Of a DNA stretch of 64,000 nucleotides, positions 39,601 to 51,600 are shown one piece after another. The translations under genes and the position numbers were made by a program. The notes below the pieces were generated by a model that saw only the letters and a list, made by a program, of their open reading frames with translations, did no database searches and was not told the DNA's origin. The stretch is from Mytilus edulis. Taxonomy: Eukaryota. Where the stretch lies: contig NC_092357.1 of the NCBI RefSeq assembly GCF_963676685.1, forward strand, positions 52,328,001 through 52,392,000, read 5' to 3'. Each line of letters begins with the position of its first letter. Positions within the stretch are counted from its first letter, which is position 1.

Positions 39601-42600
39601 CATATATTATGTTTATATCCCCTGACTGTCACTAAGCATTCAGGCCATGGCAGGTAGTTGCTGTTGTTTCGTTCTATAAACAATACTTTTAACATTACAA
39701 TTTTTGTTACTTATGAACTAAATTGTTAATTGGTGATTTTTACTTTTGCTGTTTAGGAGTTATTGCCCTTTATTGTTTGAACAATGACACAAATAAATGT
39801 AATACAAGCCCAATTTGCTGTTATTTTGATAACCTCTTGTTAAACATGTTACATACCAGCTTGACCTTGACATATTAGAACACCAGCAATCACTGTTAAA
39901 CATAAATATGTTTGATTTTGTAGGAAAATCGACCTTATTAGACCACATTTTTGTCTGACATAGATCAGCATGACCTGAACAGACAATGGACATTTCTGTT
40001 GTGACCGACCGTGCAAGGGCTGTATAGCCAGTCAAGGTCGTTAAAAACTTCCATTTGTTGATTTCTGTTGTATTTATTATTTTAATGTATGTTTTTAGGA
40101 TGCTTTGTGACAACCAGATAAAGTTTTTCCAACACAACCATACAAATCCAATATGGCCATCAACCCTGAAGAGATTGTAAGTCTTATATGTAAAAGCAGT
40201 ATGTTGTTTTGAACTGTGTTCTGCCAATTATAAGGAATCTTTGGAATGCGTAGGTCATCTAATACCGTGTTCACACTATAAAATCTGCTCCGGGTTGAAC
40301 TCAAATTAATAAATCCGCATTAGTTACCCCAGTTCACACTTGATAAAAAATTAACCCGGTTTTGGATTTTCCCTCTCAACACAAATAGAAATGTTAGCGC
40401 CAAAATTGTAACCCCGCATCTATCCACTGTACATATTTACATTTTTGTATCAGTAAAGATACATTATTTGAAAGTCTGATATTTTTTACCGCACTCCTGG
40501 CCGCTTTGGAGGAGTTCAATCACCATCAACCACTTTCCGTGTCTACAAATAACGTCACTTTATCCAAAATTAAATTGCACCCATTTTTCGCCCTTACACA
40601 GTCCGATGCGGTTCAAATAGAACAAAGGAATTCGACCTCTTGTGTTTAAAAGGTAGAAAAGTGAAATGAATTTCGTATACGGTTGTCAAGATGTCTCAAA
40701 AGTTACTTTCCGTAAAGTCATTATAAATATTTACATTCACGTTGTTTAATTTTCATATTGTACAATTGTTAACAATGCAACTTGCAAACAATCGCTTTTA
40801 AAACAACCATAAGTCAAGCTGTTACGTCATTTAGGGAATTTCCTTATAAACTGCTACTATTTTTTGCCCGACATAGAAAAAATCTGGGGAAAATTACCAA
40901 AATTGAGAATTGAATTGTCAATCGTTTAAGACCATTAGGCACACCTAAATTTGACATTTGTACGCAATTTCAAAGTTGGATGTTATATGACGGGGTTTTG
41001 TTAATTAATTTACGCATTGAACACACCCGTCCTATATATGTAACATCACATGACTTTTAAGTGATTAAAACTATTTTTTTCAAAATAATATTTGCATGTC
41101 TGACATGTTTTTTTTTCTTAAACAATTATAATTACACCGACAGTCATAACTATTGTATTATTTAAAAAAGTTGTGTTACACGTTTTGTTACACCTTAGTT
41201 ATACACCTTAGATTGGTTGACCATTGTGAAGTTGAGTTTTTGGGGTAGCATAGATTTTTAAGACAGACAGCTAGATATCATAAACATACTATGTATACAC
41301 AAGCCAGAGTCTGAGCTTGATTTGCTATATGATATAAAAACTAAACTGACGAAAGAAGGTTATTTATTCAAAATCATAAAATGCAAAAAATACATTTTGC
41401 AAATAAAACATTTGACATAAAAGTTCATATTAAATATGAAATAATAATACATAATTAATACGAAATTACATCAACTAATATCATGTCAATTGAATAAATG
41501 ACAAAGAATAGCAAAGGTGGGGAGAAAAATCTGCCACAAATCCACTCTTAGGCTGAAAGAGCGGATCCCCCACCCGAGGACTCTGACGACGTGAATACAA
41601 TTATATATGACTTGAAAAAAAAAAATACATTCACATACATGTACACCAAACACATATCACTTTATTATGTAAAACGTTTCCACATTCAGCAGAAATATTA
41701 AAAGTTCATATTATCATATACCAAGATATTACTGGTAAAAATTATTAAAGGTGTAAATCTTATTCCGGCCAGCGAAAATTCAAACAAAACTAAAGTACAT
41801 TTTTACGAAGCCCTGGATCCTTCCTAAATACGAAGTTTTATATCTGACTATTTCTGTAAGGGATCATGAGCAAAGGATTCTCATACTACACTTGACATTT
41901 TTCAATCGAAAATGTATAAATATAAAAAAGAAGATGGTATGATTGCCAATGAGACAGTTCACCACAAGAGACCAAAATGACACGGAAATTAACGACTATA
42001 GATCATCGCACGGCCTTCAACAATGAGCAAAGCCCATATTGCATAGTCAGCTATAAAAGGCCCCAAAATGACCATGTAAAACAATTCAAACAAAAAACTT
42101 AAATGTAACACATAAACAAACGACAACCACTGAACTACAGGCTCCTAACTTGGGACAGGCACATACATACATAATGTGGCGGGGTGAATTCCATAGGGTA
42201 AAAGTTTTTAAATTGAAATTAGTAAATAAGTATTTAGTGTAAACCTTATTTAGCTCTCAGTTAATTTTGTTGTGATCCGAATTGGTTATATCGTTGTATT
42301 CCTTTTGTTTGCGTTAACCAATTGTCGTTCGGATTTTTTTTTTTTTTATATACATCGTTTATTGATCTTGCAATTTCTTGTAATTTACTTTGCGTCTTAT
42401 TTCTTTGGTGTCATATTTTGGCTATGGTTGTGTTCGATCATACTGCAGAATAATAAGTCGGTAGTTGCCCGCGAATGGATTTTTTATTTATTTCTTGTGA
42501 CTCTTTGCGTGTCTTATTTGTTTATTGCAGTCGGTTTTTGTTTTGTGTCATGCGGGGATATGGTGTGGTGTGATTTTGTTTTTCTTTTGATGTGTTTGCA

Positions 42601-45600
42601 TCTTAAATAGGGATTGCACTGAGTTATTTCATGATTTCTTTTGTGCTATATTTTCCATACATTTTTATTCTATCTTATAGCATCTTACAATTGTCCCACG
42701 ACATAATGTGATACTTTTTTTGTTCGCCAATATTATTCATACGATTTGAATTTGCTATTTATATCTTTTTCTTTTCTTAATAGTTTACCTACAGTTGAAA
42801 ATTTGCAATAGTTTACCTACAGTCGAAAAGTTGCAAGACATTAAGAGTCTTTATACTTATTTAACAGTTTTACATTAGACTCAATTTTATTATAGTTTAT
42901 CACATAAAGACTCGATTGTATTTTAGTACTTTACTTGAATAACCGTCCCACTGTTAGTTGTATGTTAGTTCATCACAACCCAGAAACAGATTCCAGAATA
43001 TCAAAGTTTCCGTATATTAATTTTACCGGTCCGTATACGGTGATTCACTTTTTTTCTCATACATGCTCACTATTACAAGTCAAGTACTAAAGTAGTACAC
43101 GGATGTCTTCATATTTCATGTACTACACATGCGTATATATATTACTCGAATCCGCCTATATTCTTGAAAATCCGTTGTTCTTATACATACTTACCTCCAT
43201 GCTATTGTCACAAGTCTTCAGTCTCTGCACCGAACACTTACAATCAACCAAGCCGTTGCTAAGACGGTGTTTAAAAGAGCAACGGCTTGGGTTAAAATTG
43301 TACTTACTAGACAGTCTTTGATAATCTGTTACAGTTTTGTACAAGAGTTAGTCCTTTGTTGTTTTTAAAATAATACAACGGAACTATTATGATGTTATGG
43401 AAAATATCGAGTTTGCTTGAAATTGACAAATCGAAAACTCAAATCACATGGTAATGTTTGGGATGCTTAAACCTTTGACATATTTTGTAAGTTGAAAAAT
43501 GAATATACTAAAGACCTTTTTTTGGTGTTAACATTTACGGTTGACTGTCATATTTTATGTAGAATGTACAACCTGTTTTATTTTAAAAAAATATGATGAT
43601 TCTAAAAGATAACGAAAATTAAGCATATGCTCTTTTAACTCTTGAACAGGGCTCCAATTTTAAAAAAAACAAGAGTTCAGATGATCAAGTTCTTTGAACA
43701 AGGAGAAAGGGGAAACCAATGACACTGCTATGTCATCTCTGAAATTATATAAATTATTACCATCACTATAACAAGACTATGAAGGATGCATTCACATCTC
43801 TTCTGTTATGGATACGTTTGACAAATTCTGTATATATATAAAAAAAACAAGGTCCTTTTGTGGCATAACTTTATTCATATAGATTATTTCTCCTACATTA
43901 TATATTGCTTTCTTTAGTTCAAATTGGAATCTCAGATTAGCATCAGGTACATTAAAACCTCTCCTCAGAGTACTTCAGAATACTTACTGACTATCAGATG
44001 TATAGCAGAATTTTTCACATAACTTCTTGACAAAACTGCTGTCTATCTCCCTTTTCGACACTGCAAACAAAAAATCGAACAGTCAATTAAAGAGAGGGTT
44101 CAACCGTTCAACATTGATAGTAAACGAAAATTCGATAAAAAATGTTGAATGTAAATGATATGAACTTCCGGTCTAGGCGGTCTTATATTAAAGGACAATA
44201 TATAAGACTTTTTAGGATCATATGATATCATTTACATTCAACGGTTTTATTTGATTTGTTTTTACTATGAACCGTTCAACATCAAAAGTTTAAAATAAAT
44301 CCGATATAAAACCGTTGAATATGAGTGATATGAACCTCCGAAAAAAATACGGTAAAAAGAATAATTGAAATTCAGTTAATTGAGTGTGGGAGGCTATTTT
44401 AATCCACTTTATGAGTGTGTATTATATAATGTTACAATGTAACAAACCTATCAAACACATCGTGAAACTGAAAAAAAAATTATCTACCCCCGGAAATGCT
44501 TAACAGCAAGACACAAAAAATTGCTACCTGTTTGCCCTATTAAATCACATAATTATGAAAACACATTACATAGATAGGGAATACTGTGCTTGTGTACACG
44601 TTTGAATGTGTCGGTGGCAAACGATCGTCTCTAGATTATTTTTTTTAAATTCGTCCCGGCCTTTCCAGGTTGACGTAGCAACACGTTTCTTTTCTTTCCA
44701 GCTATTCCTGAATCTTATGAATTAACCCAAAACATTCATTTATCGCAAAGCAACAACTATTAAACAACTCACCTTTATCTATGATGATCGTCTAATTCCT
44801 AGCTGATTCCTTTAATCGTACCTTTCTTGACGACACCCATCGTTGTAGCGTCTACCATTGGAGGTAGCGAAATTACATGATTTGATACGAGAGCGAAATA
44901 AAGAAGGGGAGCAATTTTATCGAACCGCATTCCGGACTGTACAAGCAACGGAAATGAAAAGGTTTCATCCTGTGTCATTATGCAGGTTTTTCAACATAGA
45001 CTAAAACACTTATATCCCTCTTGCTAATATGGGTTACATAATTCATGACCCAGTAAACACGGTAACTGGATGTCTGTCAAAATGTGACGTTTTCGATATA
45101 TATGATAATGACGTCACGAAATAGTTACGTCACATTGAAGACTTATTTAAGCAAACGTAACTATAGCAACAACCTCACCTTAACTTCGCTTTTCGTTCAC
45201 ATTTAGAAGTGAGGTAGTTAAACCGGGTTCGCCCCACAATTAAATTTCTTTTATTAGTAGGGCTTTTATTATTTGAAGACCTCAGATTACGCACATCTTT
45301 CTTGAAAGACTTGGTTAATAATGAATTATATTTGCCTTTCAATTAATAGATTTGTAAAAAAAAGCAAAAAATTGATGTCATCTGCAATGCTTGTCCAGTT
45401 TAAGACCTGTTAAATCAAATAAATCAACTAGTTAAAGAATAACTATTCTAAAACAATTGTTTACAATAATCAAGGAATGACAGTAATAGATTTTAAACAG
45501 TTTTTCAAGCTTCAATTGTTATTCAATAAAAGGGTTATTGTGTAAACATAAATGAATATCAGCCCTCTTAACAACAACAACAACAATGCTTTATTTTAAG

Positions 45601-48600
45601 AGGGTTGCACAGTTAGCTTTATTACTTTTAAAAAAAATTCCCGGAGGCCCTTATGATAGAAAAGCGGGAACAAAAAACATGTTGAAATGCACAATGCAAG
45701 CAAGGAAATATATGGCATACATTAGCATGAAAGTCAAGTGTTATGATCAATACAACTGCATACCTGGTAAATTGCAGTTTAAATAAATAAGAAAAATAAT
45801 CACCATATAAAAAATAATGGATATCTATACTTTTAAATGAAAAGACCTCATTTTGTGTGTCGCTTCTCTTCCTTCCACAATAAATTGATCATTATGACTC
45901 TGTGTCCTTTAGGTACCATGCATAGTCGTATTTGTCATCCTTGCTAATGATTAGGTAGCACTCCACAGTTAGGTGTGTAGTTTCGCATTTTGGCCCCTAT
46001 GGATCTTTCAAATATGAGAGCTAGTGTGCAATAAAATTCATTTTTGGATAGCTGAGTATTAAAATAGCCTTTGTATTGGGTTTATATGAACATCAAGGTT
46101 ATGTAATGTATGTAATATAGGTTGTTTTCTGTATGATAGTCCGTATTTGCATTTCCCCACCATACATTGGTCATAAATTTCTTTTCGTTATAAGGCTTAA
46201 CGAATACCGTTATGCGTAGTAATTTGCACGGGTGGATTCACCCGTGCATGGATTCACCCGTGCATACCTAAGCGGGAATTAAATCATTCGACGGTTTGCA
46301 TTCAATCAGTCTACACGTTTAATTCAATTGCTGTTAAGGTCTGTTTGACTTTTTTCTACTTCATGTCTGACGAGGAAGTGCAAAGTTCTCCTGAATGTGC
46401 ACCTGCAAGAAGTCATTATAGGAGTGAAGATGGCAATCCTACTAGCATCCCTACAGCTGATGCTTTCTCGTTGTTTTCCACAGGACATTGGTCGTCTAAA
46501 TGTCCATAAATAAGCGGTCTAACAACACCAACAGTTCCAAATGAGGTATTATCTTTGATTAACTTTAATTTATGTTTAGACACATATGAGTATGACAATG
46601 AGTTAGTACAAGTTTATAATGTAAAAGGTCGATTGTACAATAGCCTACAATTTTGGAAAGAAAAACTTTTATTGGCCGAGTTCAAAAAATTAGTTTTACC
46701 TATAGAATAGAATAGAATAGAATATACTTGAATCTGGCTTTTTTGGAAAATTACCGATGCACCTACTTCTGTATTTTTGGTGTTTACGGGAGTCGCTAAG
46801 AAAGTTAGCACTCCCCCTTTTGTTGTTAATCCTTTATCGTTGTTGATTCTTGACCTCAGACACGTACATCAATACGAAATGTTATTTAAATTTAAATACG
46901 AGGTTGTAAAAGAGGCCAAAACGTATGCAGCAAATAAAAAATTTGCATTTAAGTTTGATTCAAGACATCATCGGGGTACCTTCATATAGATATGCATGTT
47001 GAATCACAAAAGTTTCTTGTGTTTTCATAGAAAAGTGACACTTATAAATCCATGTTATACGACTGCAAGGAAATTTGCAGCGGATTTTGGTAAAATCATT
47101 GCATTATAACCCGCATTAGGTAATATATGTAGAATTTTGACAAGACACAAATGATCGATCCTCTTGGGACTCTAGAGTTAAGCTAGATCTTGTGTTTATT
47201 AAAGAGTTAGAATTTTTGCATTCTTCACTAAAATCTCAAGGTCAACTTGGCGAGAATTAAAGGCAGTGATTTTGACTTGGAAAGCTTTCCTGATCATTTT
47301 AAAATAAATTTCAAACTACTCACCGATTACCAAAACGTAGATAAAATATTCGAAGTTGGCAGTATGAAACTGGATTTGCCCAATTTAACTATTTTCATAA
47401 TTGATGCATTCACGTTTGACTGGTCAACCGATAATAATTTGCTCTTGTCACATGTATCTTTAATAGCTTACACTGTAAAACATATTCAATTATGAAAAGC
47501 TAACGGTACATTGGGTATCCCTTACTTGAAATCGACAGTTTTCTGGCCGATACTGGAGTCTGTTGACACCGGCAAGTTTGTTGGTTTAGTGCAAGACTTT
47601 GTTGAGTATAAAACCCCTTCTAAATTTTTTTTCAACAGGGGATGTGCTGAGAATTCGGTTTTAAACGATTATAGGTTTATTTCACATGTGCTTGTATTGA
47701 AACTTGATGCTAAAGTGAATGAATGAATTTCGAGAAAAAATTCTTTATGCGGACCTTGCCGCTTTTTGATTTTTGATATTGTAACTGTAGATTGTACAGT
47801 GTACATATGTTTAATATGCGGACCTGGCCGCTTGTATCACGGACCTGGCCGTGATTTTCTGTCCTTGAAGGATAGGACATTGCATATCTTTCCATGTCTT
47901 GTATTGAAACTTGATGCTAATATGAATAAATGAATTTTTAGTAAAACTTTCTTTATGCGTACCTTGCCCCTTTTTTGTTTTTTCATATTGTAACTTTAGA
48001 TTGTACAGTGTACATTTGTTAAATATGCGGACCTGGCCGCTTGTATTTCGGACCTGGCCGTGATTTTCTGTCCTTGAAGGATAGGATTTTGCATATATTT
48101 CCATGTCCTATATTGAAACTTGATGCTAAAATGAATGAATGAATTTTTAATAAAAATATCTTTGTGCGGACCTTGCTGCTTTTTTGTTTTTTTTTATATT
48201 GTAACTGTAGATTGTACAGTGTACATATGTTTAATATGCGGACCTTGCCGCTTTTATCACGGACCTGGCCGTGATTTTCTGTCCTTGAAGGATAGGACAT
48301 TGCATATCTTTCCATTTCTTGTATTGAAACTTGATGCTAATATGAATGAATGAATTTTTAGTAAAACTTTCTTTATGCGTACCTTGCCCCTTTTTTGTTT
48401 TTTCATATTGTAACTTTAGATTGTACAGTGTACATTTGTTAAATATGCGGACCTGGCCGCTTGTATTTCGGACCTGGCCGTGATTTTCTGTCCTTGAAGG
48501 ATAGGATTTTGCATATATTTCCATGTCCTATATTGAAACTTGATGCTAAAATGAATGAATGAATTTTTAATAAAAATATCTTTGTGCGGACCTTGCTGCT

Positions 48601-51600
48601 TTTTTGTTTTTTTTAATATTGTAACTGTAGATTGTACAGTGTACATATGTTTAATATGCGGACCTTGCCGCTTTTATCACGGACCTGGCCGTGATTTTCT
48701 GTCCTTGAAGGATAGGACATTGCATATCTTTCCATGTCTTGTATTGAAACTTGATGCTAATATGAATGAATGAATTTTGAGTAAAACTTTCTTTATGCGT
48801 ACCTTGCCCCTTTTTTGTTTTTTCATATTGTAACTTTAGATTGTACAGTGTACATTTGTTAAATATGCGGACCTGGCCGCTTGTATTTCGGACCTGGCCG
48901 TGATTTTCTGTCCTTGAAGGATAGGATATTGCATATCTTTCCATGTTTGTATTGAAACTTGATGCTAAATGAATTAATTAATTTTGAGTAAAAAATTTCT
49001 TTATGTGGACCTTGCCGATTTTTGTTTTTTGGTATTGTAACAGTAGATTGTACATTGTAAATGTGTTTAACAGCGGACCTGGCCGCTTGTATCACGGACC
49101 TGGTCGTGTTTTTCTGTACTTGAAGGATAGTCGAAAACCATACAAAAGAAAGAATTTAACTTCCTATTTAACCTGAATCATGATAATTCTAACCTGTCCT
49201 ATTGTAGGTCACTTTGTATGTTATAATTGGCTTATGCTTGATTTTTTAGATACAAAGAACTCTCGCTTATAATAATGAGTGATATCAATTTTCATAAAAC
49301 ACACGTTGAAATTATAGTTCACAATGGCAAAACCGATATTTATAGACAAGGTAGTATAGTTATGATACCAAATACGGATATACCAACTTATCCTGTTAAT
49401 TTTTTTAAAAATATTATTGTGACTTAATTAGCAATCTTAAGATTAATTCTTCGGAGTACATTTTTGTTCTTTGCAGCCCCAAAAGATACCTTAGTATTGA
49501 GTAAAATATATAAGCCTTCATCTTATACTAGAGCCAGAGAAGCTTTTAGTTGCAATAGGGTTAGACAAAAACAATTTAGTTTGTATAGTTTACGAAGAGG
49601 AGGCGCTTCTCAAGCCTCAAACAACGGCATTTCAGATATGCTTTTCAAAGTTAATGGCCGTTGGCGAGCCGAAAATTCTAAAGACGGATAGGTGAAAGAC
49701 AGTCTGTTTCTTATACCTTGGCATCTAATATACACTCTTTCGCCTTTTGTCTCGACTGGATGCTGCAAACCTACATCCCATAGTATATTTGTGTTTTGTG
49801 TTATTAAGCCTTGTATAGAAAAGAAATGCTTTATGTTCGGTTGAACCCGTGAAAAAGAACATAAATAAATTTCTTTTCGTTATAAGGCTTAACGAATACC
49901 GTTATGCGTAGTAATTTGCACGGGTGGATTCACCCGTGCATGGATTCACCCGTGCAAACCTAAGCGGGAATTAAATCATTCGACGGTTTGCATTCAATCA
50001 GTCTACACGTTTAATTCAATTGCTGTTAAGGTCTGTTTGACTTTTATTTTGTTTTTGTTTAAAAAAACACTTGTTGTTCTAGATCTATAGGTACTGTCTT
50101 TCACACGTATATTAAGATTATTCTTATAGAATTGTACAATTCAATAGATGCACATGTATACTGTCCAAAGTTACAGTATTTAATCAATTTCTCTTTTCAT
50201 TCATTTAAATGTAGTTGCTAATTGTTTCTAATTTTTGTAATTATATTTTGTAGATTGTTCAGGCTGTTGATCATACTTCTAGTGAAGAGAATGTGATAAG
50301 GACCGTTTTTTGGCGTAACACCTGCCATTCTAATTTTTTTTTTTTCCACATGTTATGGTCCGAATGTATTATTAAAAGACTGGATGCTGCAAACCTACAT
50401 CCCATAGTATATTTGTGTTTAGTGTTATTAAGCCTTGTATAGAAAAGAAATGCTTTATGTTCGGTTGAACCCGTGAAAAAGAACATAACGGCAATTATTG
50501 TAATGTTTTTTTCTAACTTTTCATCGCACGAAAGACACCCATTTTTTATTTGATCATTAGAAAGATTTATTGCAAAAGTTTCTGAAAAGGTATCACTCAA
50601 AGGCATTAACATTTTAGTTTGATCCACATTTTGGGGGGATATGTGACATGTCCCCCCCCCTTTTTGCAATATTTTATGGTAAATAAATACAGAATGTTTC
50701 CATGGATACACATAAAAGGAATTATTTTTCACCCTTTTAACTTTTGAAAATAAACCTATGGAAGATACTGATTACATACATATGCACATGTACAACACAA
50801 ACAGTTAGGTTAATGCATTAGAAATCCAGGAATATAAGATGATAAAACCTTTTGTGGCTCATTTTTAATTTTATTTTCTAACTGTGGAGTGCTACCTTAT
50901 TCAGTTTGGGTTATTTTTGGAGTAATTACACCTTATGTAAGAATCCAGGGTTTTTGATTGGTTAATAGCCAGTGTATTTTTCACCAATTTACTGTTATCA
51001 AATGAATATCGTTCATTTTTAACGCCGCCGGGGTATTTGCTAAAAGGATATGCCTTTTTTACCCTCTCTGCCGTGGTATTTGCCAAAAAATACTCTATCC
51101 GACTGGACGCTTGTAACGTCACGGTCATCAATGCGTTTTAGTACATTAACATTCGGTGTAATTAAACAGATATATCATGTTATTGAGGGGTATTTGCGAA
51201 AAATACCAGTCTTGAGAATGAATTTCCCTCGCCTTACGGCTCGTGAAATTTAACATTCTCTCGACTGGTATTTTTCGCAAATACCCCTCCTTAACATGAT
51301 ATATCTGTTCAAAAACGAAAATAATGAAGTCCGGATATTGTTTCCATCAATGGTTGGACTTTTAAGTCATAGACTTCCGTTAACGTCTGTTTTATACAAA
51401 TCCTTTGTACTTGGGGACAGGCCAAATATTTTCACGTTTTTCTGTATCCTTTAATTATACTTATACTATAAGCACAGTGTATTTGCCATTTACAATCAAT
51501 TCTAGTTTATCCACAGCGGTCACTGATATATTATATAGAGATTATCTATTTAGTATATCAGTGACTGCCGTTGATAGTAAGTAAACTTTGATTGGTTCTA

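Larger units (their letters stand above)
46173..50488 (+). mobile_element. Tyrosine-recombinase retrotransposon (Ngaro/PAT-type split direct repeats), decayed
   Basis: A1 46173-46353, B1 49754-49864, A2 49865-50045, B2 50378-50488. RT relic VVNPLS..LILDLRHV..FKYE..FKFD; DAFTFDW motif; YR relic FFRYKEL, KTDIYRQG, YSLRRGGA, NGRW, KDG*V. Confidence 0.9.

Noticed and set aside
31698-39670. CRISPR-like regular repeats
   Set aside because: Head-to-tail tandem repeats with no unique spacers, no cas genes, eukaryotic context
42272-42610. Hydrophobic 112-aa ORF (similar case at 24583-24846)
   Set aside because: T-rich low-complexity DNA gives spurious F/L/I-rich peptides
47710-49095. Repeated ~97-aa ORFs on both strands
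   Set aside because: By-products of the 210-bp tandem repeat
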